Notes under the pieces: model-generated
Database searches by the model: none
What the model was told of the DNA's origin: nothing
The model's input: the letters and a program-made list of their open reading frames with translations, nothing else
Position numbers and translations under genes: made by a program
Part shown: one piece after another, positions 46,351 to 56,949 of the stretch
How the letters are laid out: each line of letters starts with the position of its first letter
Position numbering within the stretch: the stretch's first letter is position 1
Origin: an uncultured virus (IMG/VR IMGVR_UViG_3300021087_000006)
Lineage: Duplodnaviria; Heunggongvirae; Uroviricota; Caudoviricetes
Reading direction: 5' to 3' (one strand)
DNA length: 64,000 nucleotides
Virus record (IMG/VR): IMGVR_UViG_3300021087_000006

Positions 46351-46988
46351 TGGCTGAGTGGCACGGAGCGCAGTACTGGCGAAACCAATCCAAAGATGAA
46401 CGTACTTTACTAGCAGAAATACCTACTAGGTTGTCTCACGCTCGCATACACAACTATGAGGGAGATGGTGACCAAGAAGCCAAAGCCAAAGTTATAAGTT
46501 GGATTGAGAACTATCAGACACGTAAGGAAGACGGCATAGGACTACTGTTCGCAGGAAAGCACGGCTCTGGGAAGTCACACCTTGCAGTCGCCGCTATGCG
46601 AGCGGTCATACGTACGTATAGACAGAGCGGTAAGTACATAACTGCTAACGATTACGTTAGGGCTTTGGATGACCAGAGGGAGAACAATGGGGTACTACCT
46701 GATTCCTACTCTGAAGGTAACCTGCTTGACTACATTAGAACAGTCTACGACGTGCTGGTCTTAGACGATGTAGATGCCATTCGACAAACCGACTTTGCAA
46801 AGCGAGAGATATCCGACTTACTAACTAGCCGACACAATCGTAAGTTAATTACCATTTGTACTTGTCATGACAACATAGCCAACATTAAGTTCAACGTGAC
46901 TCCGAAGTTCTATTCATTAGCAAGGGCATCTTCTGTACCAATCATACTCCGCTCTGGGGAGTATCGGGGGGTACCAAGTGGAGAGTAA
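46350..46988 (+). CDS. DnaC/IstB-like ATPase (helicase loader)
   Basis: GLLFAGKHGSGKSHLA; VLVLDDV; LLTSRH. Confidence 0.82.
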   Translation: MAEWHGAQYWRNQSKDERTLLAEIPTRLSHARIHNYEGDGDQEAKAKVISWIENYQTRKEDGIGLLFAGKHGSGKSHLAVAAMRAVIRTYRQSGKYITANDYVRALDDQRENNGVLPDSYSEGNLLDYIRTVYDVLVLDDVDAIRQTDFAKREISDLLTSRHNRKLITICTCHDNIANIKFNVTPKFYSLARASSVPIILRSGEYRGVPSGE

Positions 46989-47421
46989 CGACATACAGTC
47001 TGACGTACCCATTAGACAAGGGTGTGTCTTTGAAGGCGTGCTTGCCTATCCACCCGACAAGTACTTACAGAAAGCCAAGTCTGTTAGGGCAGTAAGTAAG
47101 AAGGATTGGAAAACGTATATCAACCTATGGAAGCCTTATGATCTACCGCTTAAGTCATTAGTGGACAGTGTTAGGCGTAGAGGTGTAGGTGTTGAAGTTT
47201 ACACCTGCTTGCATGAAGGCGTTGAGGAGGCAATAGACGCATGGCTTGTGCGTAGAGGTGTATCCGTTCCAGTTTATTACTACAGAGACATGGCTGATCT
47301 AGCTGAGTCTCTGATCTACCACAACCCATCAATGCGGGTGCATGTGGCAAGTGAAGCTGATGCTAGGATCGTAGGACTCAAGGCGAGGGTGGCCTCACCA
47401 CACAGAGAGTGGGTGTTGTAA
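46978..47421 (+). CDS. Hypothetical protein (HAD-like, degenerate)
   Basis: VFEGVLA start; coupled ORF. Confidence 0.55.
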   Translation: MESNDIQSDVPIRQGCVFEGVLAYPPDKYLQKAKSVRAVSKKDWKTYINLWKPYDLPLKSLVDSVRRRGVGVEVYTCLHEGVEEAIDAWLVRRGVSVPVYYYRDMADLAESLIYHNPSMRVHVASEADARIVGLKARVASPHREWVL

Positions 47422-48692
47422 TGGCTAGTGCAGAACAACTGTTAATAAGCAAGGTACTCACTGAGGGCAAGTTAGTAGAGGCTATAGAGTCCGGTATACA
47501 GCCCAAGCACTTCTCAGATAGTTACAGAGAGCAGTGGGAGTGGCTGGTGGCGTTCTGGGGTACCCACAATGAGGTACCTACTGAGAGAGCGTTACTTACG
47601 GAGTACCCATCTATAACTTTAGGCAATGCTTCCAGCGAAGTGCTAGTAAGACTGGTAGAGGAAGTAATAGAAGGGCACAAGCGTGTAGCTGTTACTGACA
47701 CCTTGGCTAGAGCAATGCCTCTGTTAAACGAAGGCACGGTGTCTGAGGCTATTGCGTTACTTAATTCTGGTTTGCAGGATGTCTCAGGTGACAGCACCTA
47801 CTCTAAGGATGTTGACATAATCACTGATTGGGAATCACGACTGGATAAGTATGCCGAGATGCGTGAGAGACCAGATTCTTTGATAGGCATTTCCACAGGG
47901 TTTCCCGGATTGGATAAGTTGACAGCAGGTATAAAACCTCAACAGTTAATAACCTTCGTAGGTGAAGCCAAGCGTGGTAAGTCTATGCTCACCATGGTCA
48001 TGGCTGAGAGGGCACATGCTGAGGGCGTTACTCCATTGCTTGTATCTTTTGAGATGAGCGTGGAAGAGCAGGCCGCTAGGTATGACGCTTATGTGGCAAA
48101 GGTTTCTCACACCAGTCTTTTACGAGGTGCGTCCACTAGTGAAGAGGTAAAGAGGTTGGACAAGGCTTTGCGATTAAGACGTAACATGCAAGAGTTCATA
48201 ATGGTAGAAGATATAGCTAGTGCGATGACCGTATCAAGTCTTGCCGCCAAGGTTAAACAACACAGTCCCGGAATTGTGTTTGTAGATGGTGTGTACATGA
48301 TGGACGACGAGAATGGTGAGCCTAAAGGAAGTCCGCAGGCTCTAACCAACATAACTCGGTCTCTGAAGCGCATGGCACAACAGTTCAAGGTGCCTGTGGT
48401 TATAACTACACAGGTGTTGTCATCCAAGTTAAGTAGTAGAACCTCTAGACGAGTCACTGCCGATGCTATTGGTTACTCATCGTCTTTTGTGCAGGACTCA
48501 GACATTGTGATGTCCGTGGAACGAGACCCAGATTATGAAGATCGCTCCATAGTACGAGTCATTCTATCTAGAACATCTCCCCACGGAGAAGTCACAATTA
48601 AATGGGATTGGGACAACATGGACTTTACAGAGGTAACCAATCAAGACGACCCCGATGATGACGAGCAGGCTGATGAGTACAACGACTGGTAA
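47421..48692 (+). CDS. dnaB: DnaB-like replicative helicase
   Basis: TGFPGLD, GEAKRGKS, SFEMS, VFVDG, QDSDIV. Confidence 0.9.
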   Translation: MASAEQLLISKVLTEGKLVEAIESGIQPKHFSDSYREQWEWLVAFWGTHNEVPTERALLTEYPSITLGNASSEVLVRLVEEVIEGHKRVAVTDTLARAMPLLNEGTVSEAIALLNSGLQDVSGDSTYSKDVDIITDWESRLDKYAEMRERPDSLIGISTGFPGLDKLTAGIKPQQLITFVGEAKRGKSMLTMVMAERAHAEGVTPLLVSFEMSVEEQAARYDAYVAKVSHTSLLRGASTSEEVKRLDKALRLRRNMQEFIMVEDIASAMTVSSLAAKVKQHSPGIVFVDGVYMMDDENGEPKGSPQALTNITRSLKRMAQQFKVPVVITTQVLSSKLSSRTSRRVTADAIGYSSSFVQDSDIVMSVERDPDYEDRSIVRVILSRTSPHGEVTIKWDWDNMDFTEVTNQDDPDDDEQADEYNDW

Positions 48693-49590
48693 TGACTTAG
48701 TAGCCGTGCTGGAAAAGCTGGGAGTTGATATTACGACAGTCAGTGGCACTGAGGTGGGTGCTAGGTGTCCAGTACACGAGCTAGTGACTGGTAGAGTAGA
48801 CGGTACTCCTTCGTGGTCTATGAATGTAAATACAGGGTTATGGATTTGCTATGCCTGTGGGGCTAGAGGTAACTTGACACAGTTAGTGACTCAACTAACA
48901 GGCAGTACTGATGAAGTGTTGGTTGTAAACCAGTTCTTAATAGAGAGCGGACTGGAACGGCTCAGAGAGCAGCTAGACGCAGAGGAAGCACCTATACCCT
49001 CACCAGACATGTCACTGTTCAGGTCGTTTAAAACAGTTCCAGAGCACTTACTTTTAGATCGACACATAGACCCCGAGATGTCACAGAGACATGGCTTACG
49101 TTGGGACGATCATAACGAGCATTGGATTATACCTATAGTCTCACCAGATAGAGACTTGTGGGGGTGGCAGGCTAAGTCCAAGGGTTACTTTAGGAATGTA
49201 CCAACTGGCGTTCCCAAGTCTAGAACTTTGTTTGGAGCAGATGGTTTCAAGTCACGTACTGCATTGTTACTTGAATCCCCTCTGGATGTTGTGCGTTTAG
49301 CATCGCTGTCCTTAGATAATATGCAGGGTCTAGCGTCGTTTGGTGCTCATGTTAGTACCGAACAACTCAACATTATGGTGTCTAAGGCTGATAAAATAGT
49401 AATAGCACTAGATAACGACGAAGCAGGTATTTCCGCAGGTCAGAGGGTATTTTCACAATGCCCTAGACCAAGAGGTGGTATATTTTTCCTGCGATACGAA
49501 CATACGAATGCAAAGGACATAGGCGACATGACGAACGACGAGATTGAAGAGGCCGTACACGGAGCCACGGCCATCCCATGGTGGCTCTGA
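48655..49590 (+). CDS. DNA primase (CHC2 zinc finger plus Toprim)
   Basis: CPVH...CYACG; ESPLD; ALDNDEAG; KDIGD. Confidence 0.88.
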   Translation: MMTSRLMSTTTGNDLVAVLEKLGVDITTVSGTEVGARCPVHELVTGRVDGTPSWSMNVNTGLWICYACGARGNLTQLVTQLTGSTDEVLVVNQFLIESGLERLREQLDAEEAPIPSPDMSLFRSFKTVPEHLLLDRHIDPEMSQRHGLRWDDHNEHWIIPIVSPDRDLWGWQAKSKGYFRNVPTGVPKSRTLFGADGFKSRTALLLESPLDVVRLASLSLDNMQGLASFGAHVSTEQLNIMVSKADKIVIALDNDEAGISAGQRVFSQCPRPRGGIFFLRYEHTNAKDIGDMTNDEIEEAVHGATAIPWWL

Positions 49591-51128
49591 TGACATTTGT
49601 AGGCACACTCTACCCATTCCAAGAGGAAGCCCGAGAGGCTATGGCTGAACGTGGTCAAATGATGTTGTGTATGGTTATGGGTGCTGGTAAAACACCTACT
49701 ACCATTGCTACCTTAGAAACACTTTTTGATCAGGATGACATCACCAGAGTTTTAATAGTCGTACCGTCATCGTTGAAATATCAGTGGTTGTCGGAACTTA
49801 ACAGGTTCTCAAAGTCCAAATCGGTAGTTATTGACGGACCACCTAAAGTCCGTGAGTCCCTATGGAGGGCAGCCATATCTTGCAAGTACATAATCGTTAA
49901 TGTAGAGATGTTGCAGAGAGACATTACTTACCTTGATCGCATACGTATAGATGCAATAGTTATTGACGAGGCTACTCTGATAAAGAGACCATCTGCTAAA
50001 CGGTCTAAGTTCCTAAAGAAGTTAGGCAAGAGGACACATTACAGGTTTGCATTGACTGGACAACCCATAGAGAACCGTCCTGAAGAGTTGTTTTCTATCA
50101 TGGAGTTTGTAGACCCCAAAATACTTGGAAGATTCGACATGTTTGATAGAACATTCATCGTTCGTGATCATTGGGGTAAGCCTGTTAGGTACAGAAACTT
50201 AGATGCTCTGCACGGCAGTCTGAAGGACGTAATGATACGAAAGACCCGTGAAGACATACAAGATCAACTACCAGAACTAATAACCAAGGTTGTTCCCGTA
50301 GCTTTTGATACAGCAGGAGCCAAGTTATATAGCACAATCACTAGAGACCTTTTAGATAAAATAAATGAAGTCATAGGCAAAATGGGTAGAGGATTTGATC
50401 TCTGGAGGCACTACAACGCAGAAGGTGGCGAGGCTCAGGGAGATATTATGTCAAGAATGACAGTGCTACGTATGCTGTGTGACAACCCAGATTTGGTTCG
50501 CATCTCTGCTGACTTATACGAAGGACCTACCCCACATGGGAGCGCCTATGCCCACCAACTTAAGTATGACGGACTTCTTAATTCAGCAACCAAATCACCC
50601 AAGTTAGATGCGGTGGTGGAGTACGTGACAGATATTCTAGATGAAGACCCCGGAAATAAGGTGGTGGTCTTTTCCTTCTTCAAATCAAACTTGAAGTTAT
50701 TGGAAAAGGCATTTAATGGAGTTACCAAGTCCGTGTTGTTTATGGGTGGGATGTCTTCACAGGAACGAGATAACTCAAAAAAACAGTTTGGAGATGACCC
50801 TAATACCAGACTGTTTTTGTCATCAGATGCAGGAGGTTATGGAGTAGACTTGCCTATGGCTAACCACTTAATTAGTTACGACTTACCGTGGTCGGCAGGA
50901 AAACTGGATCAAAGGGAGTCTCGTATTATCAGATTGTCTTCCGACTTTCCTCACGTCACGGTGACCTCGTTTATTATGAAGGGGAGTATAGAAGAGAGGC
51001 AATATGAGATGCTTCAAGAAAAGAGACTTATCAATAAAGCGTTTATAGATAAAGGGTATGACGGCAGAGGCCAGTACGAGATCACATTAGGATCTCTGTC
51101 TGACTTTCTGTCAAACTCGGAGGTATAG
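49590..51128 (+). CDS. SNF2-family helicase
   Basis: MGAGKT, IDEA, LTGQPIEN, AGGYGVDL, QRESRIIR. Confidence 0.88.
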   Translation: MTFVGTLYPFQEEAREAMAERGQMMLCMVMGAGKTPTTIATLETLFDQDDITRVLIVVPSSLKYQWLSELNRFSKSKSVVIDGPPKVRESLWRAAISCKYIIVNVEMLQRDITYLDRIRIDAIVIDEATLIKRPSAKRSKFLKKLGKRTHYRFALTGQPIENRPEELFSIMEFVDPKILGRFDMFDRTFIVRDHWGKPVRYRNLDALHGSLKDVMIRKTREDIQDQLPELITKVVPVAFDTAGAKLYSTITRDLLDKINEVIGKMGRGFDLWRHYNAEGGEAQGDIMSRMTVLRMLCDNPDLVRISADLYEGPTPHGSAYAHQLKYDGLLNSATKSPKLDAVVEYVTDILDEDPGNKVVVFSFFKSNLKLLEKAFNGVTKSVLFMGGMSSQERDNSKKQFGDDPNTRLFLSSDAGGYGVDLPMANHLISYDLPWSAGKLDQRESRIIRLSSDFPHVTVTSFIMKGSIEERQYEMLQEKRLINKAFIDKGYDGRGQYEITLGSLSDFLSNSEV

Positions 51129-51130
51129 AG

Positions 51131-51523
51131 ATGGAAGAAGACTTAACTTACGAACTGAGACTTATTAAGGAGTACCAGAGTGCTAAAGACATGGCGGACT
51201 CCTCCAAGAAGAGGGCAGACAAACTTAAAAAAGAACTAGTAGAAATTGTTGACTCAAAAGGTTACGAAGGAGAGAACGGGCATGTATGGTATGAGGTAGG
51301 AGACCATAAGTTAAAGAGAGAACGAAGAGTAAGCAAAACCTTCAACTCAGCAGAGTGTGAAGCTTGGGCAAGGCAAGATAAATTATTGTGGGAGCAAGTG
51401 TCAGAAGTGGTGCAAATATTGAGTGAAGATAAAGTTCTAGCACTGGCTTGGGACGACCCTGACGTACAGAATAAGATTATGGACTTCTATGAAGAACGAA
51501 TTACATGGGCGTTTAAACTATGA
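51131..51523 (+). CDS. Hypothetical protein
   Basis: GGAGG RBS; coupled ORF. Confidence 0.7.
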   Translation: MEEDLTYELRLIKEYQSAKDMADSSKKRADKLKKELVEIVDSKGYEGENGHVWYEVGDHKLKRERRVSKTFNSAECEAWARQDKLLWEQVSEVVQILSEDKVLALAWDDPDVQNKIMDFYEERITWAFKL

Positions 51524-52005
51524 GTAAAAACAGTGGATACTTCAATGAGTTACTGGGTAGGGATCAAGGACATCTTTTAGAAGAAGATGTTGATTCTGAA
51601 GAATCTGATTATCCGGGTAGGACCCCCCCACGTAATCGGAGCAATAGCCCTAAACCAAAAACTAGATTAGATGAAATAATGCGTGATGCTAAAGCCAAAA
51701 GCTACAAGGTTAATGGCGAGTTGCGAGATTTCTATACAATAGGTGAATTGGCTAAGTTACTTAGCAGGAAAGCCGTCACCATACGCATGTGGGAAAGAAA
51801 CGGATGGATACCACATGCCAATTACAGAACACCAGCCCCTAAAGGGGAGCAAATTCCGGGCGTTGAGCCAAAAGGCCGCCGTCTGTATAGTCGTGAGCAG
51901 GTAGAGTTTCTGCTTACGGCAGTTGAGATTTACAGTCTCAACAGTCAAGCCGAAGCCGATTGGTCAGGCTTTAAGAAACACACCACCACAAAGTGGCCGG
52001 TGTAA
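51520..52005 (+). CDS. MerR-like HTH DNA-binding protein
   Basis: YTIGELAKLLSRKAVTIRMWERNGWIP...GRRLYS. Confidence 0.8.
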   Translation: MSKNSGYFNELLGRDQGHLLEEDVDSEESDYPGRTPPRNRSNSPKPKTRLDEIMRDAKAKSYKVNGELRDFYTIGELAKLLSRKAVTIRMWERNGWIPHANYRTPAPKGEQIPGVEPKGRRLYSREQVEFLLTAVEIYSLNSQAEADWSGFKKHTTTKWPV

Positions 52006-52033
52006 CGATAGCTAAGAGAAACGAGAAACGAAT

Positions 52034-52669
52034 ATGCCAATAGAATATGCAGAGCAAACTGAATCTGATACGAATACCCGAAAGGTAATACGTTCAGGTT
52101 GGGGCGCTGTAGATAATATTAAACAGGACGACGCTAATTATGCCGTCCGACTTAAGACTGGATCAGATCCAGTTTTGATCAAGTTCCTTGAGGACGCACC
52201 ATATGCCTCATGGAGGCAACACTGGGTACAGAGGAGTGGACAAAAGTCCTTCGTATGCAGAGATGGTATGGACAGTCATGGATGCCCACTCTGTGACGGC
52301 GGTAATCGCCCAAGACCGCTATTTGCATTTAACGTAGCCCTTCTAGAGCGTGGCGAAGAGCCAGTGCTCAGATCGTATGAAGCCGGTACTAGAGTTATTG
52401 CTACATTGCGTAATTTCAATGAAGATGATCGACAAGGCCCACTATCCAAAGAGTACTGGGCTGTAAGCCGAAGCGGTACTGGTCCACAGACACAGTACAA
52501 TCATTTACTAGTTAAAGAGAGGGATCTAAAAGAAGAATGGAATGTAGATCCTCTTTCTGCCGACCTTTTGGAAGAATTGAAAGGTAAGGCGTATACCACT
52601 GACATCCTTCGTATTCAAAGTCACGCCGAATTGCTTGACGTAGTAAACGAAGATGTTGGAGCACTCTAA
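52034..52669 (+). CDS. Single-stranded DNA-binding protein (gp32-like, Zn-binding)
   Basis: IKFLED, HW...FVC...CPLC, SRSGTG..TQY; upstream of the polymerase. Confidence 0.65.
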   Translation: MPIEYAEQTESDTNTRKVIRSGWGAVDNIKQDDANYAVRLKTGSDPVLIKFLEDAPYASWRQHWVQRSGQKSFVCRDGMDSHGCPLCDGGNRPRPLFAFNVALLERGEEPVLRSYEAGTRVIATLRNFNEDDRQGPLSKEYWAVSRSGTGPQTQYNHLLVKERDLKEEWNVDPLSADLLEELKGKAYTTDILRIQSHAELLDVVNEDVGAL

Positions 52670-54764
52670 TAGTTCTGGTGATGGTCAAGTAGCTCTCCCT
52701 TCCTTGTTACTTGGCCATCACCATATTTCTAACATAGATGAGGTACATCAACTTGTAGATGAGGTTCGCGGTCTAGGGGTATTTGCCTTTGACGTGGAAA
52801 CTGTGGGCGTATTAGCACACCATCCCGATTTACAGGAAATAGTAGAGACAGAAGTTGCCAATCATTTAGCTACTCTCACTACTAAGTCTGACTCTGTCAT
52901 AGCCCGATCTAGGGCTACCAAGGAAAAAGACTTTACAAAGAATATAGCGCTAGACCCGCATCGTAATGAGGTCATCTGGATGGGCATTGCCACACACGGA
53001 AAGTCTTGGGCAATACCTGTGGGGCACCCAAAAGGTGAGGTGCTAGAGTCTGAGGAGCGAGGGGATGGTACTACCACACCACCTCCCGGATTTAGAAAGA
53101 TACTGAAGGATGGCACAGAGTCATTAGCTAAAGCGCGCTATGTCAAGCCTGCTGTGTATTCTGATCCACCCGAGCAGTTGTCTAGAGAAGCGGTGTTTAA
53201 GGCATTGAAGCCCTTGTTTTTTGATTCATCAATCATAAAAGTGGGACACAACGTAAAATTCGATGCTAGAACCATAGCCAAATACTACGGAGAACTACCT
53301 GTAGGACCGTTCCACGACACTATGTTGTTACAGCATGTGCTAGATGAAAACATATCGTCATTCAGGCTTACTTCTTTAATATCTAGGCACTTCCATGACC
53401 ACGATCCATACCACCGTCACGGTAAAGTTGGTGCCATTATCAGTGAGACACCGTTCTCTGTGGCTTGTGAGTACGTTCACCTAGACGCTAGGTGGACATG
53501 GCTCTTGTACCGAAGGTTATTAAACAAGCTGTCCAAAGATTCCAAGTTAATGAAAGTTTTAGATCAGGATGTAGAGGTGTTAGAAGTACTCATGTCGATG
53601 GAACATGACGGTATGCAGGTAAACAGAAAGGGTATGAAGGAGCTTGGTGAGGAGTTGGACTCCAAGCTAAAGGACATACACTATGAAATAACTGCTCTCA
53701 CCCACCCCGGATTCAATCCAGATTCTGTTAGAGATAAACGGTTGTTTCTATTCAACAGTACAGATGAAGGTGGCCTTGGCTTGGAACCCGTGAAAGAAAC
53801 TGAGAAGGGGCAAGCCTCTGTTGACCACGATTCACTGAGAACTATGGAAAAGAAACACCCAGTAATACCGTTGTTCTTGTCATGGGCGGAGTGTAAGAAA
53901 TTGAAGAGTACCTACGTAGATGGTTTACTAGGCAAGATTAACTCTGAACGATTGCACCCAAGTTTCCATTTACATAGGACTGCCACAGGCAGGCTGTCCT
54001 CATCAGACCCCAACCTTCAAAACATTCCTAGGGACTCAAGTATTAGAGGACTATTTAGGGCGGACGACGATTGTATTTTGATTGTTGCTGACTATGACCA
54101 GATTGAGTTGAGGGTTATGGCTATGTACAGTCGAGATGCAAACCTGATGGAGATATTCACCAAAGGCATAGATATTCACGCAGGTGCGGCGGCCTTGATA
54201 TTTGAAAAAGAAGTCAATGAAGTTAGTAGTGAAGAACGACAGATCGGTAAGGCGACCAACTTCTTAACAGCTTATGGAGGTGGTGCAGGTAAGCTGTCTG
54301 CTACAGCAGGGGTGTCCATAACCAGAGCCAAGTTTGTTATAAACCAGTACTACGAACAGTTCTCTGGCTTGACCAAGTGGAAGCGCAAGATAGTTTCTCA
54401 GGCACAAAAGGATGGGTATGTAACCACGATTGCTGGAAGAAGGAGAAGACTACCCGACATAAACTCTCCTAAAGAGGAGTTACGTGCTAGAGCGGAAAGA
54501 CAGGCAGTTAATGCTGTAGTTCAAGGAAGTGCTTCTGATATTTGTAAAAAAGCTATGATTAAATCCTATCCAGAAGTGCGTAATTTCGGGGGTAAACTGC
54601 TAGTGCAAGTACACGACGAGCTAGTTGTGAACGTACCTGATACGGATGATGTAGACTTGAAGTCAGAGGCATTAAGGTCAGCTATGGGGCACGGACGCTC
54701 CTTGAAGGATGTTCCATTGATAGTTTCATCAGAATCAGGATATACGTGGTCTGAGGCTAAGTAA
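52653..54764 (+). CDS. polA: DNA polymerase family A (3'-5' exonuclease plus polymerase)
   Basis: FDVET, HNVKFD, TGRLSSSDPNLQNIP, ADYDQIELR, KATNFLTAYG, VHDEL. Confidence 0.95.
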   Translation: MLEHSNSSGDGQVALPSLLLGHHHISNIDEVHQLVDEVRGLGVFAFDVETVGVLAHHPDLQEIVETEVANHLATLTTKSDSVIARSRATKEKDFTKNIALDPHRNEVIWMGIATHGKSWAIPVGHPKGEVLESEERGDGTTTPPPGFRKILKDGTESLAKARYVKPAVYSDPPEQLSREAVFKALKPLFFDSSIIKVGHNVKFDARTIAKYYGELPVGPFHDTMLLQHVLDENISSFRLTSLISRHFHDHDPYHRHGKVGAIISETPFSVACEYVHLDARWTWLLYRRLLNKLSKDSKLMKVLDQDVEVLEVLMSMEHDGMQVNRKGMKELGEELDSKLKDIHYEITALTHPGFNPDSVRDKRLFLFNSTDEGGLGLEPVKETEKGQASVDHDSLRTMEKKHPVIPLFLSWAECKKLKSTYVDGLLGKINSERLHPSFHLHRTATGRLSSSDPNLQNIPRDSSIRGLFRADDDCILIVADYDQIELRVMAMYSRDANLMEIFTKGIDIHAGAAALIFEKEVNEVSSEERQIGKATNFLTAYGGGAGKLSATAGVSITRAKFVINQYYEQFSGLTKWKRKIVSQAQKDGYVTTIAGRRRRLPDINSPKEELRARAERQAVNAVVQGSASDICKKAMIKSYPEVRNFGGKLLVQVHDELVVNVPDTDDVDLKSEALRSAMGHGRSLKDVPLIVSSESGYTWSEAK
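52676..52730 (+). terminator. 18-bp stem-loop with U-rich tail after ssb, inside the polA 5' end
   Basis: tggtgatggtcaagtagc / gttacttggccatcacca, 12-nt all-pyrimidine loop, followed by tatttct. Confidence 0.6.
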
Positions 54765-55231
54765 TGATTGAAACCAGCACTGATAAACGTAACTTCTACT
54801 TAATGCTTTCCCCACCGGATGGTCAGGACATAGCGATAGGCGCTGGTTTTAGCCCGTCTTCTGAAGAAGTCTACGATGAAGAACAAAAAGATGTTCTGCG
54901 TAGCTGGTCAATCCTAACAGAGTCCGGTATTGTTGAATCCCTGTCCGAAGCGGCTGATTGGATGTCCGACATTATGGTGAGTGACACCATGTTACCGGAT
55001 GAGGGTGACATGGAGGATGATGAAATAGTAGGAGTAGGGTTCGATATGGACAACCATGACTCTGATGACTTCATGTCGGTATCTCAGATTCCTTACGGAG
55101 AACTACGCAAAATGCACAGGCAAATAAAGGACTCTACGTACAATACAGTATTAGGCTGTTTAGTATCGGCAGTGTCCAAGTTATTAGACGAGGACATGAT
55201 AGGATTAACAACCTACCCATTTCCAGATTGA
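54764..55231 (+). CDS. Hypothetical acidic protein
   Basis: TAATG-coupled ORF. Confidence 0.7.
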   Translation: MIETSTDKRNFYLMLSPPDGQDIAIGAGFSPSSEEVYDEEQKDVLRSWSILTESGIVESLSEAADWMSDIMVSDTMLPDEGDMEDDEIVGVGFDMDNHDSDDFMSVSQIPYGELRKMHRQIKDSTYNTVLGCLVSAVSKLLDEDMIGLTTYPFPD

Positions 55232-55248
55232 AACCATAAGGAGTATAA

Positions 55249-55680
55249 ATGAGTGATTGGTGGGCAGACCGCCTAGCTGGTAAGGAACCAACCCCAAAAG
55301 CAGCACCTGAACCTAGAGTGGGAAGTACCCCACCTCTTAACTTTCGTAACGCCCAACCGGCTGAACCACCTCCGACTGCGCCCACACCACAGGCCCAATA
55401 CATGCAACAGCAACAAGCATTGAACCCCGATGCGTCACAAGACCAAACTGGAAACTTAACCATGGGGGAAGCTATACGTATGTGGAAGGGCGGTGAAGCC
55501 CACAGAAAAGAGGGTGGAATGACCTGCCCAGAGTGTGGTGGCACCAATGTGTTTGGTAGGGTGGCTAAAGGTTCTGGAACAGCGATCAACGGTTCCCACC
55601 CAGCACCACGTTGTTATGAGTGTGGTTGGAATGGGTTGTATGATCAGGGGATGGAAGCGAACTGGGTAATGCCAAATTAA
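55249..55680 (+). CDS. Zinc-ribbon protein
   Basis: CPECG...RCYECG; AAGGAG RBS. Confidence 0.7.
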   Translation: MSDWWADRLAGKEPTPKAAPEPRVGSTPPLNFRNAQPAEPPPTAPTPQAQYMQQQQALNPDASQDQTGNLTMGEAIRMWKGGEAHRKEGGMTCPECGGTNVFGRVAKGSGTAINGSHPAPRCYECGWNGLYDQGMEANWVMPN

Positions 55681-55702
55681 ATAACAAGAAGGGTAATATA
55701 CG

Positions 55703-56731
55703 TTGACGAATACGAATTACGAAACACTCGAAGAAATAGCTAAAGCAGTAAACAAGAAATTTGGAGAAGAGGTAGTTGTTCAGGGAAGTAGGATTTCAGA
55801 CACCCTACCCCGAATATCTACAGGAGTACTCGCCTTTGACGCAATGTTGGGCGGGGGTTGGCCTGTCAACCAGTGGTCAGAGATCATTGGAGAAGAATCC
55901 TCTGGTAAAACGGCTATTGCCTACAAGACAATAGCGACTAATCAGGCGGAAGACCCAAACTGGGTAGCTCTCTGGATTGCTGCTGAGGAGTATGTACCGG
56001 AGTACGCTGAAGCCATAGGTGTTGACTTAGACCGACTCTGGGTAGTTGAGACCAACTTGATGGAGCACGCTTACGACATAATAATAAGAGCCATGGATAA
56101 CAGGGCAGTTGACTGCGTGGTATTGGATTCTCTCCCAGCACTGGTTCCGGGTGATGAGTACGAAAGGCAGATGGCCGAGTTCACTGTAGGTTTAGGCGCT
56201 CGTCTTACTGGTAAGTTTTTCAGGAAAGCCGCCAATGCACAGAAGCGCTCTCTCCTAGAGGAAGACCGTGGGTGCACAGGACTCATAATCAACCAATGGA
56301 GAGAGAAGATTGGTGTCATGTGGGGGGACAATAGGACAACTCCCGGAGGTAAGGCTAAAAACTTCCACTACTTTGCAAGAGTAGAAGTCAAGAGGGATGA
56401 GTGGTTGAAGGAAGGCAAGACCGCAGTAGGACAGACCATCAAAGGTCGTACCATTAAAAACAAGACGTATCGACCACAGCAACAAGCTGTAGTTGACTTC
56501 TACTTCGCTGATGTTAATGGCTTCCCATTAGGATCGTTTGACACAGTTAAGGACATGGTAAATATTGCGTGTGCTGATGATGTCATAACCCGAGCAGGAG
56601 CTTTTTATTCCTTTGAAGACCAAAAGTGGCAAGGTAAGGATAAGCTAATAGCAGGGGTTAGAGAAGACCTCGAATTACAAAGACAGTTAGCAGCCACTGT
56701 ATTACACAGCAGGCTTGGAACAACAGTATAA
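55703..56731 (+). CDS. recA: RecA-like recombinase
   Basis: ISTG...GEESSGKT, VLDSLPALVP, INQWREKIGVMWG..TTPGG. Confidence 0.93.
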   Translation: MTNTNYETLEEIAKAVNKKFGEEVVVQGSRISDTLPRISTGVLAFDAMLGGGWPVNQWSEIIGEESSGKTAIAYKTIATNQAEDPNWVALWIAAEEYVPEYAEAIGVDLDRLWVVETNLMEHAYDIIIRAMDNRAVDCVVLDSLPALVPGDEYERQMAEFTVGLGARLTGKFFRKAANAQKRSLLEEDRGCTGLIINQWREKIGVMWGDNRTTPGGKAKNFHYFARVEVKRDEWLKEGKTAVGQTIKGRTIKNKTYRPQQQAVVDFYFADVNGFPLGSFDTVKDMVNIACADDVITRAGAFYSFEDQKWQGKDKLIAGVREDLELQRQLAATVLHSRLGTTV

Positions 56732-56742
56732 GGAGGGGCAAT

Positions 56743-56949
56743 ATGCCAGTTTGGGGAACCATACCAATAAAGGTAAGAGAGGCAGAACACCCATTGGGTA
56801 GAGATGTTTGTGAGTTGAAGATTTTTGTGGAACACCCGCCATCATGGGGAGTCAGTGACGTTGTAGATGAACTTATGGATGTAGTTAATGAAATTACAGA
56901 CGAGAGTAGACTACACATACTTGGTGCAATAAACGCAACCAACCGATGA
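56743..56949 (+). CDS. Hypothetical protein
   Basis: Strong AGGAGG RBS. Confidence 0.6.
   Translation: MPVWGTIPIKVREAEHPLGRDVCELKIFVEHPPSWGVSDVVDELMDVVNEITDESRLHILGAINATNR

Noticed and set aside
14046..56731. Inteins or introns in TerL, DnaB, SNF2, Pol A or RecA
   Set aside because: Lengths are ordinary and no intein terminal motifs or homing endonuclease ORFs were recognised.
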